23,458 nucleotides of DNA from an uncultured virus (IMG/VR IMGVR_UViG_3300020234_000071) (IMGVR_UViG_3300020234_000071); one strand, 5' to 3'. Shown: positions 8,414 through 18,142, counted from the stretch's first letter. Notes: a model not told the origin generated them from the letters alone. Translations and numbers: made by a program.

Positions 8414-9232
8414 ATGGCTCTTAAATTAAATAAAATACCTAAAGAAGTAAAGGGTGACACGAAGCCAACTAAGCTAAAAGTTGGTTCTAATAAATCTGAT
8501 GATTCTGGGTCTGAGAAACCAAAAAAACCTACTCATTCAATGTTGAAGAAAGGGAAGGCAGCAAAAGAAGCTTTGGTTGCTGAACAGCAAGCCGCACAGG
8601 TTCGGGATGAACAGCGGGAAAATCAGGTATTCCGTTTTTATATAAAGCCAGAAGCAGAACGGGTAATTTCATTTCTTGATGGTGGGCTAGATGTCGATGG
8701 TGATCTTGATAGTGTTTGCTATTACGAACACACCATAAATAATCCTGCTCAGAAATATCCCAAGTACGTTTGTATCAATGACCCTGCAAACGGGGTTGAG
8801 TGTCCTGTTTGTGCATCTGGGAATACTCCATATTTTGCTACTGTGTTTACAGTTTTGACTCATGAAAAATGGATAAGCAAAAAAGAGAAAAAGGAATACG
8901 AAGGTTCTATTCAATTGTTTATTGCCAAAACTGGTGTGGCTGACAAGCTACGCAAGAAAGCAAAGAAGCATGAAAACGGTTTGGTTGGTGCAACTTTTGA
9001 AGTGTCCCGCACGAATGCTGATGCCTTCAATGTGGGGGATGATTTTGATTTTGTTCAAACTAATACGCTTGAAGAGTTAGCGGAAATGTTCCCAGACTGT
9101 GAAGTTAAACCATTGGATTACGATGAAGTAATCAAAGTTCATTCCCCTGAAGAACTGTTAGCACTAGGGTTCGGAACTGCTACCGCTGCGGTTGGCGGGG
9201 AAGCGGGGGTTGATGAGGATGCGGTAGTTTAA
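8414..9232 (+). CDS. single-stranded DNA-binding protein, gp32-like
   Basis: YYEH...YVC...CPVC metal site, acidic C-terminal tail, position next to primase. Confidence 0.72.
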   Translation: MALKLNKIPKEVKGDTKPTKLKVGSNKSDDSGSEKPKKPTHSMLKKGKAAKEALVAEQQAAQVRDEQRENQVFRFYIKPEAERVISFLDGGLDVDGDLDSVCYYEHTINNPAQKYPKYVCINDPANGVECPVCASGNTPYFATVFTVLTHEKWISKKEKKEYEGSIQLFIAKTGVADKLRKKAKKHENGLVGATFEVSRTNADAFNVGDDFDFVQTNTLEELAEMFPDCEVKPLDYDEVIKVHSPEELLALGFGTATAAVGGEAGVDEDAVV

Positions 9233-10603
9233 ATGTCCTTGTTATTGAAACTGGCAAAAGAGGCACGGGAAAAATCCCCTGTCTCTGTTTCATCAGAACC
9301 AATTTCTACGGGTTCTGCTGCGGTATTTGATTACACACCAAAATTGTGTACTCAATATAGTTTGGTGGACAGATTTAAAAAACCTTATATAAATTATAGG
9401 GTTATCGGTAAGAATACGGATAGCCCAAGAATTATGTTACCCAGAATGAAGTATGAATTGGGGGCAGAAGATCGAAGAACAGAAGGATTTGATATTGATG
9501 TTGCCCTTCAGGTTGAACCAAGGAATGAAGATCAGAAGCGGGTGTGCATGGAATTAGCACAGCATTATGTAGATGGAAAGACAGGAATAATTGTCAATGC
9601 ATCAACAGGATTTGGGAAAACTTATGTGGGGTGTTCAGCTATTGAAGACCTGAGTACCACAACTTTGATTTTGATTACCAAGTCAGATTTGGAAGGGCAG
9701 TGGAGAGATTCCCTGAAGAAGTTTTTGGGTATGGATGCGGGGGATATTGGATTGATCAAGGGAAATACTTGTGATGTCACTGATAAATCCGTGGTGATTG
9801 CCTACGTGCAATCCATGATGAAAATGAAGAGATACCCAAGTTGGATTTATAAGAATTTTGGGTTGGTCATTATTGATGAAGTTCATTTAATGGCTGCTGA
9901 CAAATTTGTTAATTGTATGTGGCAACTTCCTGCAAAATATCGGTTGGGGTTGTCGGCTAAAATAACAAGATCAGATAGAAAGGAACATGTATTTAAAGAT
10001 CACATTGGAAGAACGGTTATCAAGGCTGATGTTTTGCCAATGCAGTTCAATGTGGTTGTGGTGCAGATTAATGTAATGGTTCCAAAGTGGGTGAGATACA
10101 AAGCGGGGAGAACGGCAAGCTTGAATAATTTTTTGGGGCAGCACGAGAATAGACAGGAAATCATTACCAATAAGATTTTGTATGCTTATGGGAAGGGAAG
10201 AAATATTGTTTGTTTTGCGGAGACCAGAAAGCATTTGGATTACGCTTATGATTGTTTGGTAGATGCGGGAGTAAAAATGTCTGATATAGGATTCTATGTG
10301 GGCATGAAAAGGAACACAGAAGAAGAAAAACAAAAGTTGATTGAACAGGCACATAAACGAATTGTGTTGGCAACCTATAAAATGACAGAGTATGGCACTG
10401 ATTTTCCTCATTGGGATACGGCTATGCTAATGACCCCACGGGCTGACATAGAACAAACTGTGGGAAGAATAGTAAGGGAATTGGTGGGTAAGAAAATTCC
10501 TTTGGTCTACGATTTTGTGGATTCAATTAAGTTGCTGCAAAATTATTTTAAGAGCAGATGCAAATATTATAATTTGAAAGCATTAAATATTGTTGGAGGT
10601 TAA
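9233..10603 (+). CDS. superfamily II helicase (UvsW/XPB-like)
   Basis: ASTGFGKT, IIDEVH, LGLSA, YGTDFP, QTVGRIVR. Confidence 0.92.
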   Translation: MSLLLKLAKEAREKSPVSVSSEPISTGSAAVFDYTPKLCTQYSLVDRFKKPYINYRVIGKNTDSPRIMLPRMKYELGAEDRRTEGFDIDVALQVEPRNEDQKRVCMELAQHYVDGKTGIIVNASTGFGKTYVGCSAIEDLSTTTLILITKSDLEGQWRDSLKKFLGMDAGDIGLIKGNTCDVTDKSVVIAYVQSMMKMKRYPSWIYKNFGLVIIDEVHLMAADKFVNCMWQLPAKYRLGLSAKITRSDRKEHVFKDHIGRTVIKADVLPMQFNVVVVQINVMVPKWVRYKAGRTASLNNFLGQHENRQEIITNKILYAYGKGRNIVCFAETRKHLDYAYDCLVDAGVKMSDIGFYVGMKRNTEEEKQKLIEQAHKRIVLATYKMTEYGTDFPHWDTAMLMTPRADIEQTVGRIVRELVGKKIPLVYDFVDSIKLLQNYFKSRCKYYNLKALNIVGG

Positions 10604-10607
10604 TGAA

Positions 10608-11102
10608 ATGGGTACAGGAAATGGAAGGAAAACATCTAAAAAGAAAAGGGTGTTTAAGGATTGGTATGAAGAAAATGCCGATGCTTTGAATAAGCAAAAG
10701 AAAAAACGGTATGCAAAAGACACTGCCTACAGGGAAGCGGGGAAGTCTCGTGTGCGGGATAAGTACAAGGAAGATCATAATATTTTTCTTGATGGAAGTA
10801 GATTGGTTAAATCCAAAAGGATTAACTATGTGGCTATTAAATTGAGTGAGGCTGCTGACAAACTTGGAATTAATCTGAATACTTTACGTGGATATTACCA
10901 CCGCAAATATTTTCCTGTTTTTGTTTTTGATAATACGAAGTTGAAACTGGTCACAGTTGATCAGTTGTCGTTGCTTCAGAGATTCGTTGAAACGGCTGCT
11001 GAAGATGGTGCGGCTTCTGCTTCCAAAAGCATGAAGAAATTTTTGAAGAAAAATTGGAGGAATCGAAGTGTCAGTAAAGAAATTATCAATCAAAAAGGGT
11101 AA
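10608..11102 (+). CDS. basic protein with a C-terminal MerR-like HTH
   Basis: GGAGGT 7 nt before ATG 10608; LSEAADKLGINLNTLRGYYHRKYFP. Confidence 0.7.
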   Translation: MGTGNGRKTSKKKRVFKDWYEENADALNKQKKKRYAKDTAYREAGKSRVRDKYKEDHNIFLDGSRLVKSKRINYVAIKLSEAADKLGINLNTLRGYYHRKYFPVFVFDNTKLKLVTVDQLSLLQRFVETAAEDGAASASKSMKKFLKKNWRNRSVSKEIINQKG

Positions 11103-11559
11103 GCAGGGTAAGTTGGTGGTTCATAAAGAACCCACCGCTGAAGATGAATCTGAAGTTGAAGACCCACCATTTGAGCCTGATGAAGAATTTGTTGAGCCGG
11201 GGGAGCCTGTGGTAATTGCTACAAAGTCTAAAAAAACATTTGGCAAAGGAAAGTTAGGGAAACCAATTCAAGGTACGGTAGGGATTAAGGAACAGGATTC
11301 CCCTGAAGAAGTTAATCAGGTGGATGTGGAAGGTGCTGAATCTGTGCAACCCGAAGGTAAGCCAATGGCAAATGTTGGGTACGGTATTGATCGGACTGTA
11401 AATCTTGGGGATTTTGAAAGCTTGAAAATTCATGTGACCCTTCATGTTCCAAGTGAGGTTGATGAATCTGAAATTGAAGGCAATTATAATTTTTGTAAAG
11501 GATGGGTTGAGAAAAAAATGGAGGAAGTAATTTCTGAGTATACAGATTCAGATGACTAA
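11068..11559 (+). CDS. acidic hypothetical protein
   Basis: GTG start; low-complexity N-terminus; compact C-terminal RTVNLGDFESLKI region. Confidence 0.75.
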   Translation: MSVKKLSIKKGKQGKLVVHKEPTAEDESEVEDPPFEPDEEFVEPGEPVVIATKSKKTFGKGKLGKPIQGTVGIKEQDSPEEVNQVDVEGAESVQPEGKPMANVGYGIDRTVNLGDFESLKIHVTLHVPSEVDESEIEGNYNFCKGWVEKKMEEVISEYTDSDD

Positions 11560-12598
11560 AATTTCTGAAATTCAGATAGACCTGAAAAAAGCTCACGGGG
11601 AACAGTTCGTAACTTTGGCTGAAGAAACCAAAGGTGATATTGAAAGATTGCCTACGGGAATTTATCCATTTGATTATGCCACAGGTGGAGGATTCCCACG
11701 GGGCAGAACTTCTATTATTTGGGGCGCGGAATCTAGCGGTAAAACTAATCTTGCCCTGAAAGCTATTGCAATGAATCAAAGACTTGAACCTGAAAAGGTA
11801 AATGTGTTTATTGATTTGGAACATTCCTTTGACCCTGAGTGGGCAACTCTGATTGGTGTTGATTGCAGTAAAAAGAAATTAGCAGTTATACAACCATATT
11901 ACGCTGAGCAAGCTATTAATATAATTCAAGGGATTGTCTCTGCGGATGATGCGGGATGTATCGTACTCGATTCTATAGGTGCAATGATAACAATCAATGA
12001 GGATGAATCTGATGCCGCTAAGCGTCAAGTTGGCGGGGAAGCATTAGTGATAACCAAGATGGTAAAGAAATTGATTGTGGGTATGTCACGGGCTACCAGT
12101 TTTGGAAGATACCCCACAGTTCTGATTATCAATCAAATGAGAACTAAAATTGGGGTGATGTTTGGAAGCCCTGATGATATGCCGGGTGGAAAAGCTTTGA
12201 AACATCATTCAGCTTTAACCGTGAAAGTTAGGGCTTCAGATGAATTTGATAATAATATCAATAAAGATAGAGCATCTTTTAAATTGGTGAAAGGGTCAGT
12301 TCATAAAAGTAAAGTGCGAACACTACACAAGAATTTTGAATTTTTATTTCCCCTCACAAATCAGGGGGGGTTGAAGGTCGGATATATTGATGACTGGAAT
12401 ACTATTTCAACTCAGTTAAAAGATTTGGGGTGGCTATACAAGGAAGGTAAGGCAGTGGTTTGTTTCGATCAACAATATAAAACTTACAAGGCAGTGCGGG
12501 AAGACCTATACAAACAGCCCAAACTTTTGGATGCAATCAGAGAAAAAATTATGGAAGCCAAAATGAGTGAATTGTACGGAACAGAGGATGAAGAATAA
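11552..12598 (+). CDS. recA: RecA-family recombinase
   Basis: GGGFPRGR, GAESSGKT, FIDLEHSFDP, VLDSIGAM, INQMRTKIGVMFGSP..PGGKALK. Confidence 0.95.
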   Translation: MTKISEIQIDLKKAHGEQFVTLAEETKGDIERLPTGIYPFDYATGGGFPRGRTSIIWGAESSGKTNLALKAIAMNQRLEPEKVNVFIDLEHSFDPEWATLIGVDCSKKKLAVIQPYYAEQAINIIQGIVSADDAGCIVLDSIGAMITINEDESDAAKRQVGGEALVITKMVKKLIVGMSRATSFGRYPTVLIINQMRTKIGVMFGSPDDMPGGKALKHHSALTVKVRASDEFDNNINKDRASFKLVKGSVHKSKVRTLHKNFEFLFPLTNQGGLKVGYIDDWNTISTQLKDLGWLYKEGKAVVCFDQQYKTYKAVREDLYKQPKLLDAIREKIMEAKMSELYGTEDEE

Positions 12599-12600
12599 AT

Positions 12601-12708
12601 ATGGAATTGTATAAAGTGCAGATGATAGTTGATTCTATTGAATTGTCTGCTTTAGGAATTATGATTGCAATTCTAGCAGCAGTAGTTATTTTAATTATGT
12701 CGAAATAA
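12601..12708 (+). CDS. 35-aa single-pass membrane protein (not in ORF track)
   Basis: MELYKVQMIVDSIELSALGIMIAILAAVVILIMSK; fills the gap between recA and the next gene. Confidence 0.6.
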   Translation: MELYKVQMIVDSIELSALGIMIAILAAVVILIMSK

Positions 12709-12712
12709 TTGA

Positions 12713-13105
12713 ATGATTTGGGAACGCAAGCCAACGAAGAATAAAAATCCGCTGATGACTGATGTTCCATTGCACGGGCAGAAATCAGAAGAGCGTGTTC
12801 TTAAAGATATGGGGGCAATGCAAACTATTGCTTCGGGTTCCCTTGATGGTATGAAATCTGATGGAGTAAAAAATAACCTGCGGATTGAATGCAAGGCTAC
12901 TCTGAAAAAGTCTATATCACTTAAACATGAGTGGCTTTTGAAGATCAGGGAAGAAGCCCTTGCCACTAATAAAATACCAGTGCTGACAATTTCATTTGTT
13001 AATGCTGATGGGGAGTCTAAAGCGGGGGGAGATTATGCAGTGATTCCTCTTTATCTATTTACAGATTTTGCTGAATGGTTGGGTGAGAATGAAAGCGAAA
13101 TTTAA
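12713..13105 (+). CDS. PD-(D/E)XK nuclease, Hjc-type Holliday junction resolvase-like
   Basis: GQKSE, ASGS, KSDG, RIECKAT motifs. Confidence 0.78.
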   Translation: MIWERKPTKNKNPLMTDVPLHGQKSEERVLKDMGAMQTIASGSLDGMKSDGVKNNLRIECKATLKKSISLKHEWLLKIREEALATNKIPVLTISFVNADGESKAGGDYAVIPLYLFTDFAEWLGENESEI

Positions 13106-13979
13106 AAAATCCAGTGAGCTAAAATCTGAGCAAGGATTGAAATATCTTTTGCATAAGGAACTTGCTGTGACTGACCCACCTAGAGACATCCAAGATTTAC
13201 ATGCTTCCGAATTGACCAGAGAAGATATTGAATTTTGCGCTAGGGAACGTGCGTTTCTTTTGCGGGATGGTGACAACAGAAAAGATGGTAGGCTTGGCAC
13301 ATCGTTGAATGTCACTTATCAAATTGGACGTTGGTATGAAAATCAGGTGCGGAATAAGTGGTTGAGAAAATATGCGTTAGGAAATTGGGAATGTTCAAAT
13401 TGTAATCACGTTGTTGAATATCAAACTGTTCCTGAAATGTGTGATGCTTGCGGGGCAAGTGGAAAACAAAGTGTGTATCTAGAACCCCGTGCGTACTCCC
13501 CTGAATTTGATTGTAGTTGTGGGATAGATATGCTGCTGTGGAAAGATGAAATCTTGACAACAGTGGAAATCAAAACGATTAAGGCTGAAGATTTCAAAGC
13601 ATTAGAAGCCCCATTATCTGAGCACAGGAGAAGAACACAATTTTATCTTGACCTACTTTCTCATAGCACTTGGATGCATTTTGAAGTGAAGTTTAATCTT
13701 GAATATGGATTGCTACTTTACATCTGCAAGGGGTTTGGATTCAAGGATGATTTTGAAGGAAGGAAAGGGGTGAGTGATGCCAACTTTAGTCCGTTCAAAG
13801 AATTTCGAGTTCAACGTGGGGATGGTGTGGGATTAGAAAGTGTGTACAAAAAAGCCTTAGCTGTGAAGAAATTTAAAGCAGATGGGATAATACCCAAGCG
13901 TGAAGTTTGCCCCACAGTAACTTGTAAACGTGCGAAAAGATGCACCTATAGAGAAACTTGTTTTTCGGAGAAATCATGA
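13089..13979 (+). CDS. Cas4-like PD-(D/E)XK exonuclease with a zinc-ribbon insert
   Basis: HASEL..FCAR, GIDML, VEIKT, QFY, C-terminal Cys cluster, internal CSNC/CDAC; ATG 13089 preferred as start. Confidence 0.8.
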   Translation: MKAKFKKSSELKSEQGLKYLLHKELAVTDPPRDIQDLHASELTREDIEFCARERAFLLRDGDNRKDGRLGTSLNVTYQIGRWYENQVRNKWLRKYALGNWECSNCNHVVEYQTVPEMCDACGASGKQSVYLEPRAYSPEFDCSCGIDMLLWKDEILTTVEIKTIKAEDFKALEAPLSEHRRRTQFYLDLLSHSTWMHFEVKFNLEYGLLLYICKGFGFKDDFEGRKGVSDANFSPFKEFRVQRGDGVGLESVYKKALAVKKFKADGIIPKREVCPTVTCKRAKRCTYRETCFSEKS

Positions 13980-14461
13980 TTAAATTAAAAACTGAAAAAT
14001 TAAAAGCTACACTTGCGGGGATTGAAAATGCATGGAAGGGAACCCCAGAAGAGTACAAATTAGAAGCAGAGAAATTTATTCGGAGCTATGCAAAAAAGCA
14101 TCTTTATTTTGATGGTGGGGATGTCTTGCTTGCATGGCGAAAGACAGAAAAACCTGTTGCTCAAATGGTTTGGCGTAATCGTTGGGGGGCTGCAATTAGT
14201 TTTGCCGCTAGATCAGGGGTAATGAGAAAAGTGGGTAGATCAATTCCACAGTCAAGACAGTCACATGTTATTTCTTTAGTGCTATGGGAAAGCAAATTAT
14301 ACAGGGGAGAGCAGGAGAAAAAACCTGCCTTCAATTATGCGATAAGAAATATAATGAGCAATATTATTTTTGGAAAAACGAAAATTGAAAAAGCATTATG
14401 GCTTGCCTACGAATTTGGATTTGAGGATAGTAGACTTCAACAACAGAGCAGAAAAAAATGA
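13976..14461 (+). CDS. hypothetical protein (start ATG 13976)
   Basis: GGAG RBS and ATGA overlap with the previous stop. Confidence 0.75.
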   Translation: MIKLKTEKLKATLAGIENAWKGTPEEYKLEAEKFIRSYAKKHLYFDGGDVLLAWRKTEKPVAQMVWRNRWGAAISFAARSGVMRKVGRSIPQSRQSHVISLVLWESKLYRGEQEKKPAFNYAIRNIMSNIIFGKTKIEKALWLAYEFGFEDSRLQQQSRKK

Positions 14462-14991
14462 AAATACTTGGGATTGACCCATCCTGTAATATGGGGCTGA
14501 TAGTTTTGGAAAGAAAAAAAGATACTGTTACCACAATTCATCAACAGGTTTATTCATCCAAGGCAAAAGGGATGCAAAGGTTGGGGGATATTGGGGGCTG
14601 TATAATCGATATGCTGAAGACCTATGAACCTGACTTGGTAGCACTGGAAGGTTACTCATTTGGTTCTAAATTTAATCATGAAATAACGTATTCTGTAGGC
14701 ACTGTAATTAGATACTTTTTGTGGCAATCGGAGTATGATTATAAAATATTACCCCCTTCAACTTTAAAGAAATTTGTAACGGGCAAGGGCAACTGCAAGA
14801 AAGATTTAATGCTTTTGGGGGTTTATAAAAATTGGGGATTTGATACTACTGATGATAATTTATCCGATGCTTACGGGATTGCTTTATGCACCCTGTTTGA
14901 AAATTTGGGTATTGCCGATGAAAAAGGAGTTTGGAAAAAGGGGGATGCAAAGCACTTGAATTTTATTCATTCCCCTGCAAAAAAAGTTTGA
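14458..14991 (+). CDS. ruvC: RuvC-like Holliday junction resolvase
   Basis: ILGIDPS, VALEG, PSTLKKFVTGKGNCKK, DNLSDAYGIA. Confidence 0.9.
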   Translation: MKILGIDPSCNMGLIVLERKKDTVTTIHQQVYSSKAKGMQRLGDIGGCIIDMLKTYEPDLVALEGYSFGSKFNHEITYSVGTVIRYFLWQSEYDYKILPPSTLKKFVTGKGNCKKDLMLLGVYKNWGFDTTDDNLSDAYGIALCTLFENLGIADEKGVWKKGDAKHLNFIHSPAKKV

Positions 14992-15009
14992 TCTTAGTAT
15001 CAAATGTAC

Positions 15010-15038
15010 TTGACAAATATTAATTCTTCTGGTAAGCT
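15010..15038 (+). promoter_or_regulatory. sigma70-type promoter
   Basis: TTGACA-17 bp-TAAGCT with TG extended -10. Confidence 0.78.
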
Positions 15039-15084
15039 TAGGAAGTTGAAACAATTGTACATGAATATTTAGGAGATTATAAAC

Positions 15085-15936
15085 ATGGCAAAATCAAAGA
15101 CTGCGCCGAAAATGGCGAATCTAACAGCAGATAAGGCTACAACAAAAGCCCCTGCTACAAAGCCTGTTAAGGCTAAGGTGGAGACTAAGGATTTAATTAT
15201 CGCGTCTTCTACCGAAGTTGAAAATCTCACCAAAGCTAAAGCATTGAAACTTGCCCCTGAATTAATAGAGGCTGAAGGTATCAATGACTTTAAACTTGGT
15301 GGTGTTCTTCAGCGCATACAGGAAGAAAAGTGGTGGGAAGGTAACGACTACGAATCTTTCAAGGACTACATCGAAACAGGGTTGGGTCTTCCATACAGGA
15401 AGTGCATGTACCTTGTAAACATCTATGAAAAACTGGTAGCTGCGGGTATTAAGTGGTCAGATGTTAAATCAATCGGGTGGTCAAAACTCCGTTTCATAAT
15501 CGATCTTCTGACTGAAGATAATGTTGCGGAATGGGTCAAACGTGCCGACACAATGAATTCTCTTGAAATCCAAGAGTATGTCAAGGGACTGAAAGACGGT
15601 AAAGCCAAGCAGGATGAAAACGGTGATGAAGTTACCACCAAAGTTTCATCAATGGTTTTCAAGGTTCACCCTGATCAGAAAGATACGATCAAAGAAGCTC
15701 TTGCCAAGAAAAAGGAAGAGTCGGGAACTGAGTTTGATGCCGTTGCTCTTGAGCAAATCACATTGGGCTACATCGAAGGCAACATTGGAAAACCCAAAGT
15801 TACCGTTGCTGTTGTGAAGAAGTTTCTGGCAGGAATGACTGCTGAAAAAGCTGCTGCTCTGGTTATCGCTGTTCATCCTTCGTTGGGTGATGATGATGCT
15901 ACAGACGAAGAAGGTGATTCTGAAGCAACAGGGTAG
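15085..15936 (+). CDS. hypothetical protein, possibly DNA-binding (283 aa)
   Basis: AGGAG RBS; own promoter and terminator; K/A-rich N-terminus, helical core SFKDYIETGLGLPYRKCMYLV, acidic tail. Confidence 0.8.
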   Translation: MAKSKTAPKMANLTADKATTKAPATKPVKAKVETKDLIIASSTEVENLTKAKALKLAPELIEAEGINDFKLGGVLQRIQEEKWWEGNDYESFKDYIETGLGLPYRKCMYLVNIYEKLVAAGIKWSDVKSIGWSKLRFIIDLLTEDNVAEWVKRADTMNSLEIQEYVKGLKDGKAKQDENGDEVTTKVSSMVFKVHPDQKDTIKEALAKKKEESGTEFDAVALEQITLGYIEGNIGKPKVTVAVVKKFLAGMTAEKAAALVIAVHPSLGDDDATDEEGDSEATG

Positions 15937-15960
15937 ATTTTACTGATGTAAGAAAAACCG

Positions 15961-15990
15961 AAGGGTGCGCTTTAGGGTGTACCCTTTTTT
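15961..15990 (+). terminator. intrinsic terminator
   Basis: AAGGGTGCGC-tttagg-GTGTACCCTT followed by a T run. Confidence 0.8.
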
Positions 15991-16003
15991 GTATGGGGAT
16001 AAT

Positions 16004-16537
16004 ATGAATTTCAACAGGTACGCCAAAAAGATTTATGCCCACAATAAACAAGTTGGTTGGTGGGATGACCCAAATCGTTGTCTGTACCAAACTCTTCAAC
16101 TGGTATCTACCGAGATAGCAGAAGCTACTGAAGGGGAAAGAAAGGATTTGATGGATGATCATATTCCACATCGAAAAATGGGGGAAGTAGAATTAGCTGA
16201 TGCCCTGATTCGGGTACTGGATTTTGGGCAACACATGAAAGTTGTTTACAAGCAGGGATACCCCGCGCATGTGTGGTGCTTCGAAGACAACACTATTGGA
16301 CAACAACATCTGGGAATCAACAGCGCATTGTTGTCTGTTGCTGATGACTATTCCCGCTATCCTTATGCGGATATGACCCGCACCTATTGCATGTTAATTG
16401 AATCGATTGTTGCGGTAGCTGAGAACCAAGGCTATGACCTTGAGGGCGCGGTTAAGGATAAGATGCTGTACAACGAAACCCGAATTGACCATACCCGAGA
16501 ATATCGGGGCAGTCATTTTGATGGGAAACGATTTTAA
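16004..16537 (+). CDS. MazG-like NTP pyrophosphohydrolase
   Basis: TEIAEATEGERK, EVELADALIRVLD, KMLYNETR; GGGGA RBS before ATG 16004. Confidence 0.82.
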   Translation: MNFNRYAKKIYAHNKQVGWWDDPNRCLYQTLQLVSTEIAEATEGERKDLMDDHIPHRKMGEVELADALIRVLDFGQHMKVVYKQGYPAHVWCFEDNTIGQQHLGINSALLSVADDYSRYPYADMTRTYCMLIESIVAVAENQGYDLEGAVKDKMLYNETRIDHTREYRGSHFDGKRF

Positions 16538-16554
16538 CAACACAGGAAAATAAA

Positions 16555-16809
16555 ATGATTATAGATACAAAATTTAATATGCGGGATGAACTAAAGGATA
16601 CGGTTACAGGGTGTCAGGGAATTGTTGTTGCGATAACCATCTATGATACTGGATGCACACATTATTCCCTTCAACAAAAGCAACGGAAAGATGGGAAGGT
16701 TCCCGATTGGGAAAATTTTGATACCACCCGTTTGACGCTTGTTAAGAAAGCAAAGGTTGTTAAGACCAAAGCTAAGAGTGGCCCTGCCCCAAAAGTTCCA
16801 AAACATTAA
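16555..16809 (+). CDS. hypothetical protein (84 aa, beta-rich)
   Basis: AGGA RBS; operon position. Confidence 0.75.
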   Translation: MIIDTKFNMRDELKDTVTGCQGIVVAITIYDTGCTHYSLQQKQRKDGKVPDWENFDTTRLTLVKKAKVVKTKAKSGPAPKVPKH

Positions 16810-16821
16810 GGGGATAAGAAA

Positions 16822-17241
16822 ATGAGAAGAGACCGAAAAAAGAAAATTCACTTTGAAGGTGGTTCCTTCAGCCTGATTGAATTGGAGGGGAAAACTATCA
16901 AGAGTGTGGTTGATTTGTTGATTGAGCAACGGGATAAATCTGATGCCCTTCAGCAAGAATGGGAGACAAGCCAACGGGGGAAGACAAAAGCACAAAAGGA
17001 AGTGGAAAGTGCGGAAGAAGAACGGGATGCACTGCAAGAGATTCTGAATACTCTAGAGACCGTTATTCAATTTAGGCTTGAAACAGTTTTTCAAAATCAT
17101 GATGGTTCTTATGAATACGATTTATCACCTACTCAAAGACCACAAGTTAAGGAAACCACAGAAGAAGAAAAGGTGCTACAAAAATTGCGTAGCATGGTGA
17201 CTTACAAACCGCACAAGAATACTCTGAGTAGAGGCTATTGA
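16822..17241 (+). CDS. hypothetical coiled-coil protein
   Basis: AAGGGG RBS; E/Q/K-rich helix. Confidence 0.72.
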   Translation: MRRDRKKKIHFEGGSFSLIELEGKTIKSVVDLLIEQRDKSDALQQEWETSQRGKTKAQKEVESAEEERDALQEILNTLETVIQFRLETVFQNHDGSYEYDLSPTQRPQVKETTEEEKVLQKLRSMVTYKPHKNTLSRGY

Positions 17242-17474
17242 TGGATAAGAAGATTTATCATTCATGTGGGAACTGTAAACATTGGGAAGTAACAGGGGTA
17301 CATGGGACTATTGGATTGTGTATGTTGAATCCACCAAGCCCATTACTTAATATGAATGGTGACATAATCTATATTTTCCCTGAAACAGAAGATAAGCATA
17401 AATGTGGGCAGTGGCTTCCCCTTGCCCCCAATTTTTCGGAAGTCAAATCAAAAGAGGGTGAGCTTGCCACATGA
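17238..17474 (+). CDS. small Cys-rich protein
   Basis: CGNCKHW...GLC...CGQW; start TTG 17238 or ATG 17241. Confidence 0.72.
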   Translation: MMDKKIYHSCGNCKHWEVTGVHGTIGLCMLNPPSPLLNMNGDIIYIFPETEDKHKCGQWLPLAPNFSEVKSKEGELAT

Positions 17475-18142
17475 AACGGGGTGACAGTGTATCTATTCTT
17501 GATCACGGGCTAGTCAGGCTCGTAGATTACATGGGGGGTGATCTAGCGGTAAGTCAAAGCGCAAGGGTCTCCTATGATGCTGAAGGGCGTGAAGAAGATA
17601 AGGGGCTAATCAAGTACCTGATGATGAACGGACACAGCACACCATTTGAATCAACATGTGTGACCTTCGAAGTGAAAGCCCCCATCTTTGTTTTTAGGCA
17701 GTGGCACAGACACAGGACACAATCTTATAATGAATTGTCGGCGCGGTATCGACCACTACCAGAAGAATTTTATGTACCTGAAGCTGAGAAGATAACCAAG
17801 CAGTCAAAGGACAATAAGCAGATGCGAACTGATGAACAACATCCTGAAGCCAAAGAAATTCAGATTCAAATTATAGCAGCCAATAGAGCATCTTTTCAGG
17901 TGTACAAGAAATTGATTCGTGATGAATGCCCAAGAGAATTAGCACGATCTGTTTTACCTGTCGGGACGTTCTCACACATGTTCGCTACTGCTAATCTTTT
18001 CAACTGGTTTAGATTCTGTAAAGAGAGAAGTCACGAACATGCACAATATGAAATACGGGTTTTCTCTGATGTGATTCTGAAATTCCTTGATGACATTGCC
18101 CCTATTTCTACTGCTATTTTCAGAGAGAAATATAGTTTGTGA
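17471..18142 (+). CDS. thyX: flavin-dependent thymidylate synthase
   Basis: ARVSY, HSTPFE, RQWHRHRTQSYNELSARY, ELARSVLP, HAQYEIR. Confidence 0.96.
   Translation: MKRGDSVSILDHGLVRLVDYMGGDLAVSQSARVSYDAEGREEDKGLIKYLMMNGHSTPFESTCVTFEVKAPIFVFRQWHRHRTQSYNELSARYRPLPEEFYVPEAEKITKQSKDNKQMRTDEQHPEAKEIQIQIIAANRASFQVYKKLIRDECPRELARSVLPVGTFSHMFATANLFNWFRFCKERSHEHAQYEIRVFSDVILKFLDDIAPISTAIFREKYSL

Noticed and set aside
4961..12598. Inteins or introns in DnaB, primase, helicase or RecA
   Set aside because: Lengths are normal, motifs are contiguous, and no splice-junction signature is visible
13089..13979. CRISPR-Cas locus implied by the Cas4-like gene
   Set aside because: No array or other cas genes; solo Cas4-like nucleases are common in phage recombination modules
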